A stretch of DNA of 64,000 bases, taken from Fistulifera solaris. Its lineage: Eukaryota. The stretch spans positions 2,356,001-2,420,000 of the forward strand of contig AP026124.1 of assembly GCA_030295235.1 (NCBI GenBank). Direction: 5' to 3'. Numbering within the stretch: the first letter of the stretch is position 1; every line of letters starts with the position of its first letter. The notes beneath the pieces are model-generated. The model was given only the letters and a program-made list of their open reading frames with translations. It searched no databases and had not been told where the DNA came from. Of this stretch, positions 52,761 through 64,000 are shown piece after piece. Position numbers and translations under genes: made by a program.

Positions 52761-53298
52761 GATGCGACACCGAGAGCCCCCCTTATTCCCTAACGGCTTA
52801 CCTTCTTACGTAGTCTATGCTTGATCAATGGTAATTTTGTGAAGCCTCGTGATGGATAAAATTATGATTCTATAATTTTCTAGAGATCAAACTCCTCCGT
52901 CGAGTGCCTACTTCTCTCGAAGGGCACCCGTATGTATCGGAAAATTTCAGGAAATTGGAACTGGATTGGTCATGCATGACATTCGAAAGTCATGGTAATT
53001 CCCGCCCCCACCCATCGAGAGTTTTTGCGACGGTCCATTTTTGGTGAGAACGAAAAAAATGATTCGACACAGAGAGGAGTCGCCCCCTTATGGTCGATCG
53101 GCTTACCTAATATTTAGTCTGCCTGATCAATTGTTGTTGTGAAAGCCTCGTGATAGATAAAATTATTAGTCCTAGAATTTTTCAGGTCAAGGTCGTCCGC
53201 CGTATTGTTTCCTAATTGGAACCGGATGGGACATGACATTCGAAAGTCATAGTCATTCCACACCCCCACCCATCGTGAGCTTTGTGCGACGGTCCATT
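52761..53298. repeat. diverged tandem duplication, period about 300 bp
   Basis: gat.cgacac...cccccttat...cggcttacct...gcctcgtgat.gataaa...tgacattcgaaagtcat...gcgacggtccatt at 52761-53039 and 53061-53298. Confidence 0.85.
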
Positions 53299-53496
53299 GG
53301 GTTGGAGAGTTGCGCGCCATTCTTGTACCCTTAACTCAGTTCGGGGTGCATGGTGTAATTTGCGTAGGTTCAAGCGGCCTTACAAGCGATGCACAGGGCC
53401 CGGAGAAGTTCTAAGGATGCTTCAAAGAAAACTGACTTACTTTTACAGCAACAGCACTTGTTGAATGATCCCGGTATGAGAGAAATGATTGTCAAG

Positions 53497-53818
53497 TTGC
53501 AAGGAGAGCAATTTTGTGCATGCACCGCGAGGGCCCCAACAATCACAACAAGAGAGATATGGTAAGAATCTTGGTCCTTTTGTGATGATTTTGTACCTCT
53601 ACCTCGAAACTGTTTGAGACATGAATGCTGAGAATCAAAAACACATATACTAATGCTGACGCCACATCAGTTGTGCTTGCCGAGGGCAAGGAGAACAATC
53701 GTGCGCTCTGCGAGGTGTGGGCCTAACAAGCAAAAGAGATATGGTGAGAAAAAACCGAAACATATGGTGAGAAGTTTTGTCCTTTTCGACAAAAACTAAA
53801 AACCTCGACCTCGAAAAC
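53497..53818. repeat. diverged duplication of about 115 bp
   Basis: gcaaggaga.caat...gagatatggt.agaa...gtcctttt...acctc.acctcgaaa at about 53499 and 53686. Confidence 0.7.
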
Positions 53819-54029
53819 ATAGCCTGCCCTTGGTCTGGCCTACATACGGTTTCCGACACGTATAATGTCGTAAAGTCGTCGCATAGCGGATTATGTGTTG
53901 ATTATTGCCATCTATTGATTATTGCCATCTATTTGCGACGGCCCTTCTCCGTCAACAATAAAGCGACAATACGTCGCGCATGTAAAATTGTTGATATCAA
54001 ATTTTCAGCCTTTTGCAGAAAAGAGAGCC

Positions 54030-55826
54030 ATGGCAACCACCGCGCAGCGTGCAGGGGAAGCGAGCAAGCCCATAGAAGTAGACGACGATGAAAATTCCCT
54101 CGACGAAGATCAGCTGATGGAGTATCGCGAAGAGCTTGAAATGCTAGGAAGTTTCCCCGTACGTTGAATGTTTTTATGTCTATGTTTTGAAAGAAATTGA
54201 TGTATCTCATCGAATTGGTAAAGGATAAAGTCAAGATTAACAGCTTGACGATGATAGCTGGAGATTACGCCGAGTCGAAAAGTTCGGCCGCATCGATCTA
54301 TCAGGTCATTCGAGACCGCCTTTTGGCAACAAATCGCGACAATATGCTTCCTCTTGTCTACTTGCTGGATTCTATTCTGAAAAACGTGAGAGGATTTTAC
54401 ATTGATATCGTTCAAGATGATGCTGCAAACTGGATTCCGAAAGTTTACTATAAGTTGCAAGATGTGCAGCAAGCCAAGTTGAAAAAAGTGTGGGTTACAT
54501 GGGAGGAATTCAATCTCTTTCCACAGATGCGTGGAAAGCGATGGGAAGCTGTTTCGGTAGCCAGAGTGGATCAATTCTCAACTCTTCTCTTTCCGATGTC
54601 GCTGGCATTGCAAGAACGGTACGCACCTATTACTATCTGAAATTCGTTGTATGTCGGTAGTCTCACACGGCGTTTGCTTGGCTCACATTATCCATCAATA
54701 GAAAGATGGAAGTTTGATACTGTCGACTGTTATGAGAACGGAAATGCAGAATATTTTGGACGAGCTGCAAAATGATGTAGCGAATGAACTGGAAAAGGTT
54801 TCGCTGGAACGGCTGGCCGATATGAACCCGGATTTACTGTCAAACATCAAAAGAGCCGCAGAGGAAAATATGAAAGGAAAAGCCGGCAATTTGGGCGGTT
54901 CGCACTCGGATCGTAACGATTCCGTCCCTTCTTTCTTCACGGAGACACGCCCTGCGGAAATGTTGAAAAGGTCTGCTGCTTGGAAGGACTTGAAATGGGA
55001 TCATCTATCACAAACCCACGAGGTTGTTTCTAAACTTCAGACAATTGTGCGACAGAAATCAACCTCGGATGAAAGGTATTCACAAAAAGACGCCATGGAG
55101 ACAATTCATTTTCTGGCTGCTGCCTCGGTTACGTCATCGCTTTTGACAGAATATCTTCAAGAGTGGAAGAACCAACAAGATCGTAAAGATCACAAAAACG
55201 TTTATCCTTTCCCGGAGCGTCCAACTTGGGAATGACAGGAAGTGGAGCTTTCCTGGTAGAGAAGAAGAATTTTACGAATGAAGGCATCCGGACGAAAAAT
55301 CCAGCTATCATCGGTCTACTTTACGAAATCGGTCTCCCTTTCTTCAGCTCGGCAGATGGTCAACGATTTCGTTCCGAAATCGAACTTTCCAATCACCTCG
55401 ATGCGCTTTTTTAAAAAGAATAAGTTAGACAAGTCGATGGCTACTACTGAAGAGCGGGGTTGGTACGTCGTTGAAAGTATGTGGACACAGGAGTCCAAGG
55501 AAGTAGAGACTGGCGCAACTGGGGCAACTACAGAATCTGCTTGGCAAGAAGACAGTGATGGTTACGATCCTGAAACTAGCACTATGCCTGCCGATGAATA
55601 CAGAGATTGTTGTGTTGTCTGCGGCATAAACTTTCAGATGTTTTTTGACAACGACGATGGAATGTATAAATATCGTAATTGCCGCGAGATTGAGGTGTTA
55701 AATGACGATGCTAGCGAGAAGGAGTCGGAGAGCATGCTACTTCACGTATCGTGTTGGCGTGGACTGGGGTCTCCGGAAATCCTGACAATAGACCAGACGC
55801 TGCAAGAAACGATGCGGCTTGACTAA
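54030..55826 (+). CDS. PCF11: cleavage/polyadenylation factor Pcf11
   Basis: CID domain (KVKINSLTMIA, LPLVYLLDSILKNV), zinc-finger segments (LYEIG..G.RF....LSNHLD; CVVCGINF..FFDNDDGMY...H..C); introns and frameshifts. Confidence 0.9.
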
Positions 55827-56179
55827 GTGATATAATTAATTATATGCCACTATAATAGCGTCGTCAAGAGCGTTTTCATTTCGATATTTACATAGAATAT
55901 TATTTGATATTGGTGCTAAACAACGAGTTATTTCGGCCAGATTTCGGCCGACAACAATAGCGGTCTGGCTGTGTGTCCATCACTGACCGCGTTTCTCCGC
56001 CTCTTAACCACCGCACAAAAAAGCATGCGAGCTTTTGTTGTTATCGATTGCAACGTTTCCTTTATTCTTTCTGTCAATGATCATCCATGTGATGCGCTAG
56101 CAGTGAGGAAATTGAAGCGAGCCTTATTTACAATGAGGACCGGATGAAATAAGGGTGTGGTGGGCGTTTTTAAGGCACA

Positions 56180-56934
56180 ATGTTCGCTTCGAAAGTTTCT
56201 CGACATGTTCGATTTTGTACGTCGCCTTGTCATCGACGCTTTCTTGCTTTATTATGTGAAACATTCATGGTGGACAATTCACACGCTCCAGACAACTTTG
56301 ATCAGCAGTCAGCCGTAGTTTTTCCGGATGTGATTACCGTGTCCGAGCACGACGCCTTGGTAGCACATGTCGAGCCCTTGTTGAAAAGGTACGCGTTATG
56401 CTTTGTCCTATTCCTTGTTAAAATGACGATTCAGTATAACTGACAACTCCCATCAATAGACGGCGGTACGAGAAAGGTCACTGGGACTCGGTCATTCTTC
56501 AATACAAAGAAGTTGAGCTAGCAGAAGAAGCGTCGGCTGTAAATGATGTTTTCGAACGAATTCGAAAAGAGCTGGAGCCGTACAAACGCATGGAAGCTCC
56601 ATGGCTCCCTTGTCACGCTATTGATTTACGCAAGGATGGAGAACTTAACGAACACGTTGACTCGGTGCGGTTCTCGGGGGATTTGGTAGCAGGCTTGTCG
56701 CTGTTGTCGTCCAGTATCATGCGATTGAAACCCGATGCTTCGACGAATCCGGACGAGTCCGTCAAAGGGCATGTCGACCTGTATCTTCCTAGTCGTTCTC
56801 TCTATGTACTCTCAGGAGTGTCGCGTTACAGCTATACGCACGAACTTTTACCCGGTCGGTCGCTATTTAAAGGCAATGCGGTTGATCGAGATCGGCGAAT
56901 ATCTATTATTTTTCGTGATGCCAAGGTAGGTTAA
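56180..56934 (+). CDS. ALKBH7: 2OG-Fe(II) dioxygenase ALKBH7
   Basis: RRYEKGHWDSVI..YKE, HVDSVRFSG..VAGLSLLS..IMRL, SLYVLSG.SRY.YTHE, RRISIIFR; intron 56389-56459. Confidence 0.93.
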
Positions 56935-57301
56935 CCTGCTCGAATATCCTTTTTTCGCTGTCGCTGATGATTAATGCATATCATTGGAATTACCGTCTGA
57001 CTCACATGAAGAGAACTCTGCGGCTTGAATGAAGCGTAATAATTTGTCACGCGTGTCTTCTTCTTTGTCGCCAAAATTTTCTCATCGCAATCGTTTTGTC
57101 TAGGTTTTGGACGACACTTAGAGATCGCGGAGCATTGACTCAGCTGTTCATCCTCTTCCCGATGAGCAGAGGGGTCGAAAGTATGTTGTAAGCGTCGTTA
57201 TTTTTCAAGCTATCGACGGCATTTACAATTCAATCTCTACCGCTACTCAGTAGGGACTTTTGTAAGAACGGATAAATCATTTTGGCTAGCACTTTAGCAC
57301 T

Positions 57302-57998
57302 CTAGACAGTGCATGCAACACAAAACTTGTTGTCCGTTGGAGTGTCAAGATGAGGGCAACTGGTTCCTGTGAACATGTTAGTGGTCACGGCTTTAACGTC
57401 CTTCCATGTGCACAAGTCTTGATTAAAAGCTACAGCACCATCGAACATGCTCTCCATGTTTGTGACCTTTGCCGTATTCTACTCGCTAATGTTTTGGATG
57501 AAAGACAAAGCAAATTGAAACACAAATCTCATGTCAGTGACCTCACCCGTATCCCAGCCACCAATATCTTGATTGAACGCTTCAGCATTGCCTGGTGACT
57601 TTGGATGTACTGATGTCTTGGTTAAACGCTGCAGCAAAGATAAACATGTCAGTCATGTCAGTCACAGCTGATGTGTCCCAATCACTTATGTCTTGGTTGA
57701 ATACTGTTGCACCTTTGAACATTCCTCTCATACTTGTAACACCTGACGTGTCCCAATTGCCGATGGCTTCATTGAAAGTACCACGTCCCCTGAACAGATC
57801 AGTAAAATTGTCCACTTTGGTAACATCCCAACAGTTCGGTTCCGGCCCCGATGAGGAATCGGAGTAATCTTGAATGGCATTGCGAAGAACGTTTCGGTTA
57901 ACAAATTTCCTGCATCCCGTAGGACAACTTTGAGGACACGGAGGACGATTTCGACAACCCAATAGGTCCTCGCGCGCGAAAAGAGAAGCTGTTGTCAT
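57302..57998 (-). pseudogene. DUF285 (bacterial surface-protein-like repeat) gene, disrupted
   Basis: Repeats [20 protein letters not shown]; internal deletion/frameshift near 57595 and a TAG replacing the repeat Trp near 57480; Cys-rich end CPHLDTPTDNKFCVAC. Confidence 0.8.
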
Positions 57999-58517
57999 AA
58001 CCAGGAATATTTCTTATAAATAGAAGAAAGTTATAAGACAAAATGTTTCCTGTGTGTGGGTTGTGGTCCACTCTTTTTTGTGAGGATGTTTTTGCCTCAT
58101 ATTTTTTGGTTGATTGAAAACTACATAGCAAGTCGACTAAACATAATCTTCCTCCCACTCCCGCCCAGTGGCACCGTCCGTCGTCCGTCATGCGTAGGCG
58201 TCCATATTGCTCGTCCGTCCTTGTTGCGATCAAAAGATACCAGTACTGAGTACTGGTAATGATCTTCGTTCATCGCAAACCATGAGAAACTGCGGCTACA
58301 TTATTTATTGTAGACGATTACTTTGTAAACAAATTGTATAATCAAAGAAGCGCTGTATACGTGTTTGATTAAACGATAGATTATCAGAATTGTAGCTCGC
58401 GCAGCCTCTTTCGATACAACTACAACAAGTTTTTCTAAAAAGCGGACAAGATAAAGGCCGTCGACCTCGAACGTTGACAAAATATAAACAGAAACACACA
58501 TAAACAAAACAAGCAAC

Positions 58518-61500
58518 ATGGCGGACCGCGAAGAACTACAAAAGCGCTATGCGTATCATGAAATGTCGAACAAAGTCGAGACGACGCGTCGTTCGCGTCC
58601 TCGCGGGGAACCAACGGGCGAGGTCGAAGCGATTCAGGGAGGACGCATGGGAGATCGGGTCGCCAACACGGAACAACCCAAAGCCAAGAAGGCCAAAACT
58701 AATACCGCCGCAGTAGCACCTCTCAAGACGAAACCTTCCATTGCGGTGCCGGGGGAAACTATACTTGATCTCGGATCGACGGTGGGATACCAACCAACCC
58801 AAGAACATACTCGGGCGGCGTACGAAGCCATTTTGCATCAATTGTCGTCGTTATTGGGCAAACACCAGGCTCCCCAGGTATTGAAAGATGCCGCCGAAGA
58901 AGTATTGCTGATATTGAAAAATCCTGATTTGCGGGATCCCGAACGACACGAACAATTGTCGCAGCTGTTGGTGGGAAATGCGAAAGGGCTCAGCCAAGTG
59001 CAATTTACTTCCCTAGTGCAGCTGGCCAAACAACTTGATGATTATCACAATAAGAATGATGAAGACGAGACACCCTCACAAGAAATGGATGATGAAGGTG
59101 TTGCGGTGGTATTCGATGAATCCGAAGAGGATGACAACAAAGATAATGATGATAGTGATGTCGATCTACAAGTGGTGGCCGATTCGTCGTCCTCGTCTTC
59201 CGAAGATGAAGGCGGTGATAAGGAAGATGAAGTGGCTGACTCGGATGATGATGAAGAAAAAGTTGTCATGGCTGATACGCAGCGCAAAAGCAAGCAACCT
59301 CGTACTTTATCAACGATTGAAATTGATGCGCATTTTTTGCAACGCCAGCTGGCGATGGACGATGCGCAAGCCTCCCAAGAAATGGCCCAGCAAATTCTGG
59401 AAGTCCTCACGGCAGAGGATCCTCGCGAATGCGAGAATCGTCTCCTCATATTAATGGGACTGGATCGCTTCGAGACGATTCAATTGCTTTTGCACAATCG
59501 GCTCAAAATCTGGGCTTGTGTTTCCTTTCACCGAGCGCAAACGCCTGAAGAGAGGACCAACTTGGAAGCAACCTTGAATCAGACGGAACAAGGTCAGGCT
59601 ATTTGGAAGGAGCTACACTCCAAGGGACAAGCACAAGATTGGACGACACGTGAACGTCGTCAAGGAACCGACGTTTCACAGGTGCTGGACGCTGTGAAAA
59701 GTGCCGACACACCGGAGAAAGAAGATGATAAAATGCTGATTGATGATGCGGCCCCACCTTCCCACGAATTAGACTTAGAGACATTGGCGTTGAGAGACAA
59801 TCGGAGCGCCAAAGCGTGCGTCTTGCCTGATACATCGTGGCGGGCCACCAAGCCCGGATATGAAGAAGTCCATGTACCCGCTACGCGGAGCGTGGTACCA
59901 CCGGATGAGAAACTAGTGCACATTGCTGACTTGCCTGCCTGGACGCAAGCTGGATTCAAAGGTAAGCTGCAGCGGCGGTTACGTACAAGGAATGGCCGTA
60001 TATTTTTCTCACGTTCTCCTTCAATCTGTATCAGGCATGGAGAAATTGAATAGGGTTCAATCGAAAATGTGTGACATCGCCTTGCGATCGTCGGAAAATT
60101 TGTTGTTGTGTGCTCCTACCGGCGCGGGAAAAACGAATGTGGCATGTTTGACGATAATGAATATCCTAGGTCAATACAAGCGAGATGTGACTTCTGAAGG
60201 AGATGGAGAAGTGAACAAAGGCATGTTCGACCTTTCAGCTTTTAAGATTGTGTACGTTGCTCCAATGAAAGCATTGGTTCAAGAAGTCGTAAAAAACTTT
60301 GGGGAACGCTTAAAAGATTACGGCGTTATGGTCCGCGAACTGTCTGGAGACTCCAGTCTGACAAGACAACAAATTGCTGAAACACAAATGTTAGTGACGA
60401 CGCCCGAGAAATGGGACATTGTCACTCGTCAAGGCGAAGGACGCGCTTATACGCAGCTGGTAAAACTGGTGATATTAGATGAAATTCATTTGTTACACGA
60501 CGACCGCGGACCGGTTCTGGAAAGCATCGTGGCCAGAGTTATTCGACAAGTCGAAGCTACGGCCGAGCCGATTCGTTTGGTTGGCTTATCCGCCACGCTT
60601 CCCAATTACGCCGACGTGGCAACTTTTTTGCGTGTCAAACCAGACAAGGGCCTTTTCTTTTTGATCACTCCTATCGACCGGTTCCGCTGCAAATGCAGTA
60701 CGTTGGCATTACAGAACGCAGTGCATTTAAACGCATCAAGCTACAGAACGAGATATGTTACGAAAAAGCCATGGATCAGAGACGGAACAACAATCAGATT
60801 TTGATTTTTGCTCATAGCCGAGCAGAGACCGGGAAAACTGTCAAGGCGCTTCGCGACATGGCGCTGGAGCGCGACGAGACATCGTTTTTTGTCCGTGAAG
60901 GTGGTGCCACACAGGAGATTCTTCGAGAAGAGTCAGCGGCGGCAAAGAACCCAGATCTTAAAGACGTGTTGCCCTATGGTTTTGCTTTTCATCATGCAGG
61001 AATGGCGAGAGAAGATCGTGAATTGGTCGAAGACTTGTTTGCCGATAGGCATATAAGTGTCTTGTGTTCAACCGCAACACTTGCTTGGGGTGTCAATTTG
61101 CCTGCACACGCTGTCATCATTCGCGGAACTCAAATATATGATCCAGCAAAAGGACGTTGGGCGGAGTTAAGTCCCCTTGACATCCTTCAGATGCTTGGAC
61201 GTGCAGGTCGTCCTCAGTACGACAGTGAAGGAGAAGGTATAATTTTAACACAGCACTCGGAGCTGCAGTACTACCTTTCATTAACCAACCTTCAATTACC
61301 GGTTGAGAGCCAGCTGATTAAGAATCTGCCGGATCATATGAATGCAGAGATTGTATTGGGGACAATTCAAAACATTGAGGAAGCTGTGGACTGGTTGAGC
61401 TATACTTTTCTTTACGTCCGCATGTTGCAGAATCCCACTCTTTACGGCTTATCCGAAGCTGCACTAAAAGATGATCCCACTTTACTGCAGCGACGAAGCG

Positions 61501-64000
61501 ACCTGGCGCACACTGCGGCAACGATGCTTGAAAAAAGTCATTTGATACGATATGATCGCAAAACAGGCACGCTTCATCCAACCCCTCTTGGTCGAGTGTC
61601 CAGTCAATACTACATATCGCACACGTCAATGGCAGTGTACACTCGAAACATGAGGCCGAACATGTCAGACATCGAACTTCTTCGTCTTTTTTCGATGAGC
61701 GGCGAATTTGCACACATAACAGTCAGAGAAGATGAAAAGCTTGAAATCAACAAACTCGCCGGTCGCGTTCCCATCCCAATCAAGGAAAGTCCTACAGAGC
61801 CGCTTGCGAAAATTAACGTTCTCTTGCAAGCTTATATTTCTAGGATGAAATTAGAAGGCTTCGCGCTTTCAGCTGACATGGCATTTATCCAACAGTCTGC
61901 CGCTCGTATTATGCGCGCACTTTTTGAGATCGCTTTACGACGCAATTGGGCTTCACTGGCGACGCTTTGCCTCGACTTCTCAAACATGGTTTCTTCCCGG
62001 GTATGGAGGAGCCAGTCGCCTCTACGTCAATTTCGAAACGTGCCCGAAGTTGTCGCTCGCAAGCTGGAGCGAAAGAGTGACATAGAATGGGCTAGATATA
62101 TTGATCTAACACCCGCCGATATCGGTGAACTTGTTGGAGTCCCTAAAATGGGAAGAGCCCTACATAAGCTAGTACAGCAGTTTCCACGAATGGAGCTTTC
62201 TGCGCAAATTCAACCGATATCGAGGTCCATGCTCCGCGTGGAGTTGACATTGGTCCCAGCGTTTCAGTTCGACACGACTATTCATGGATACTCACAACTG
62301 TTCCATATTTTAGTGGAGGATGTGAACGGTGAAACCATTCTTCATCATGAAACGTTCGCACTCGAGAGCAGGGTAGCAGAAAGCGAGCATATTCTTGTCA
62401 TTTCCGTTCCGATCATGGAGCCGTTGCCCCCGGCTTATTATATCAGAGTTTTGTCAGATCGCTGGCTTCATTCGTCGTCCGTTCTCCCAATCTCTTTCCA
62501 ATCGATGATATTGCCAGCGAAATTTCATCCCCCAACGGAGTTATTGGACTTGCAACCTTTACTACCGAGTGCGCTTGGCGAGCGGTCTTTTCAAAAGCTG
62601 TTTCCTTTTGGTGAATTCAACCCTATACAAACGCAAACATTTCACGAACTGTACAAGAGCTCCAAGAACTGTCTTGTATGTTCCGCGTCTGGGACAGGAA
62701 AGAGCATTTGCGGAATATTTGCAGTTCTCCGAATGTTAACAACGGATGCTGATGGAAAGTGTGTCTACGTTGCGCCAACTGATGAGATAGCCGACTTCAC
62801 ATTTGACGAATGGGTTCGGTGTCTCGGATCCATCCTACCGAAGTCATCAATTACTCGATTAACGGGGGAAACCACCCCGGATCTTGTACTTCTGCATGCA
62901 TGCAAGGTCGCAATTTGCTCAGTGCGTCAGTGGGATATTTTAAGTCGACGCTGGAGGCAACGCAAAGATGTACAAGCAGTTACTCTTTACATTTTCGACG
63001 AGATTCATTTTCTCGGAGGTGAAATTGGGCCCACAATGGAAGTGGTTATCTCTCGCACTCGGTACATTAGTAGCCAGCTTCAAGAAAAAGACAATAATAA
63101 TAAGATCCGCATTGTAGGACTTGGTGCATCGCTGGCCAATGCAAGAGATATTGGGGAGTGGATGGGCGTACCTGCTAAAAGTTTGTTTAATTTTTCGCCA
63201 AAGGCAAGACCGTTTCCTCTGGAAATTTATTTTCAATCATTTGAGCAAGCAAATTTCTCAAGCCGTTTGATGGCAATGGCAAAGCCAGTTTACAACGCAG
63301 TGGAGAGACATCACGCTGGACGCTCATCTATTGTATACGTCCCGAGCAAGCGTCAGGCCCAGCTAACGGCGATCGATCTTATGACCTACGGTGAAAGTCA
63401 AGGAGAGCGCGTGTTTGCAGCGCCAAATCTCGGAGAATACGCAGTACGCATTGAGAGTGTGCGTGAAGCTGCGCTGCGTCAAGTGCTGGAAGCTGGTATT
63501 GGTTTTGTGCACAATGGAATGGTCGAATCCGATACGTCGACTGTAGTAGATTTGTACCAGGCAGGAGCGATCAAAGTTCTCGTCTGCCCGGCAGACTTAT
63601 GCTGGCGCATCAGGTGCGTTGCACACTTGATTGTCATAATGGGAACTGAATACTACGACGGTCGTGAGGGAAGACACGTTGACTATCCGATCACTGATAT
63701 GCTGCACATGATGGGTAGACAAGAAAGTACATCTAGTGGGAAATGCGTGATTCTTTGCCACGCCCCCAAGAAGGAATATCTCAAAAAGTTACTTTATGAT
63801 CCTTTGCCCATTGAAAGCCACCTTGACTCATACCTTCATGATCCACTGAACTCTGAAGTTGTGACGAAAACGATTACGTCAATGCAGGACGCGATTGACT
63901 ACTTGACGTGGTCATTTCTCTATCGCCGTCTGACAAAGAATCCAACCTACTATGGCATGCAAGGGACGTCGAATGCATATCTGAGTGAGCATTTAAGCGA
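58518..64000 (+). CDS. BRR2: U5 snRNP helicase Brr2/SNRNP200 (runs off the window end)
   Basis: [80 protein letters not shown], second helicase cassette; intron 59962-60034; homopolymer frameshifts. Confidence 0.97.

Overview
Gene-dense eukaryotic nuclear DNA, most likely from a diatom. Evidence: short 70-120 nt GT-AG introns, bipartite plastid-targeting presequences with the signal-peptide-then-AF motif, HSF and HMG-box factors, and a DUF285 gene. About 30 protein-coding loci are present, mostly conserved housekeeping genes: RBM22, PGAM5, DBP5, PSMA7, GGPS, plastid S15, HSF, NPF/POT, TOM70, MgtE, PDH E2/E3BP, ArfGAP, VTA1, YPEL, TMCO4, RAB3GAP2, Sec66, PPase, PCF11, ALKBH7 and BRR2. Many carry single-base frameshifts at homopolymers, which look like long-read assembly errors. 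The unusual parts are: (1) a cluster of three disordered Ser/Arg-rich ORFs at 4-8 kb that share only a C-terminal motif; (2) a palindromic 9-mer TACCWGGTA seen 11 times, only in 5' intergenic regions; (3) an accessory block at 45.9-53.9 kb containing a decayed PIF/Harbinger(ISL2EU)-like transposase preceded by a FEN1/XPG-like PIN-nuclease fragment, a P-loop NTPase between direct repeats, and a gene-free AT-rich tract with stacked duplications and inverted 10-mer motifs (centromere candidate). All family assignments come from motif recognition by eye; no searches were run.
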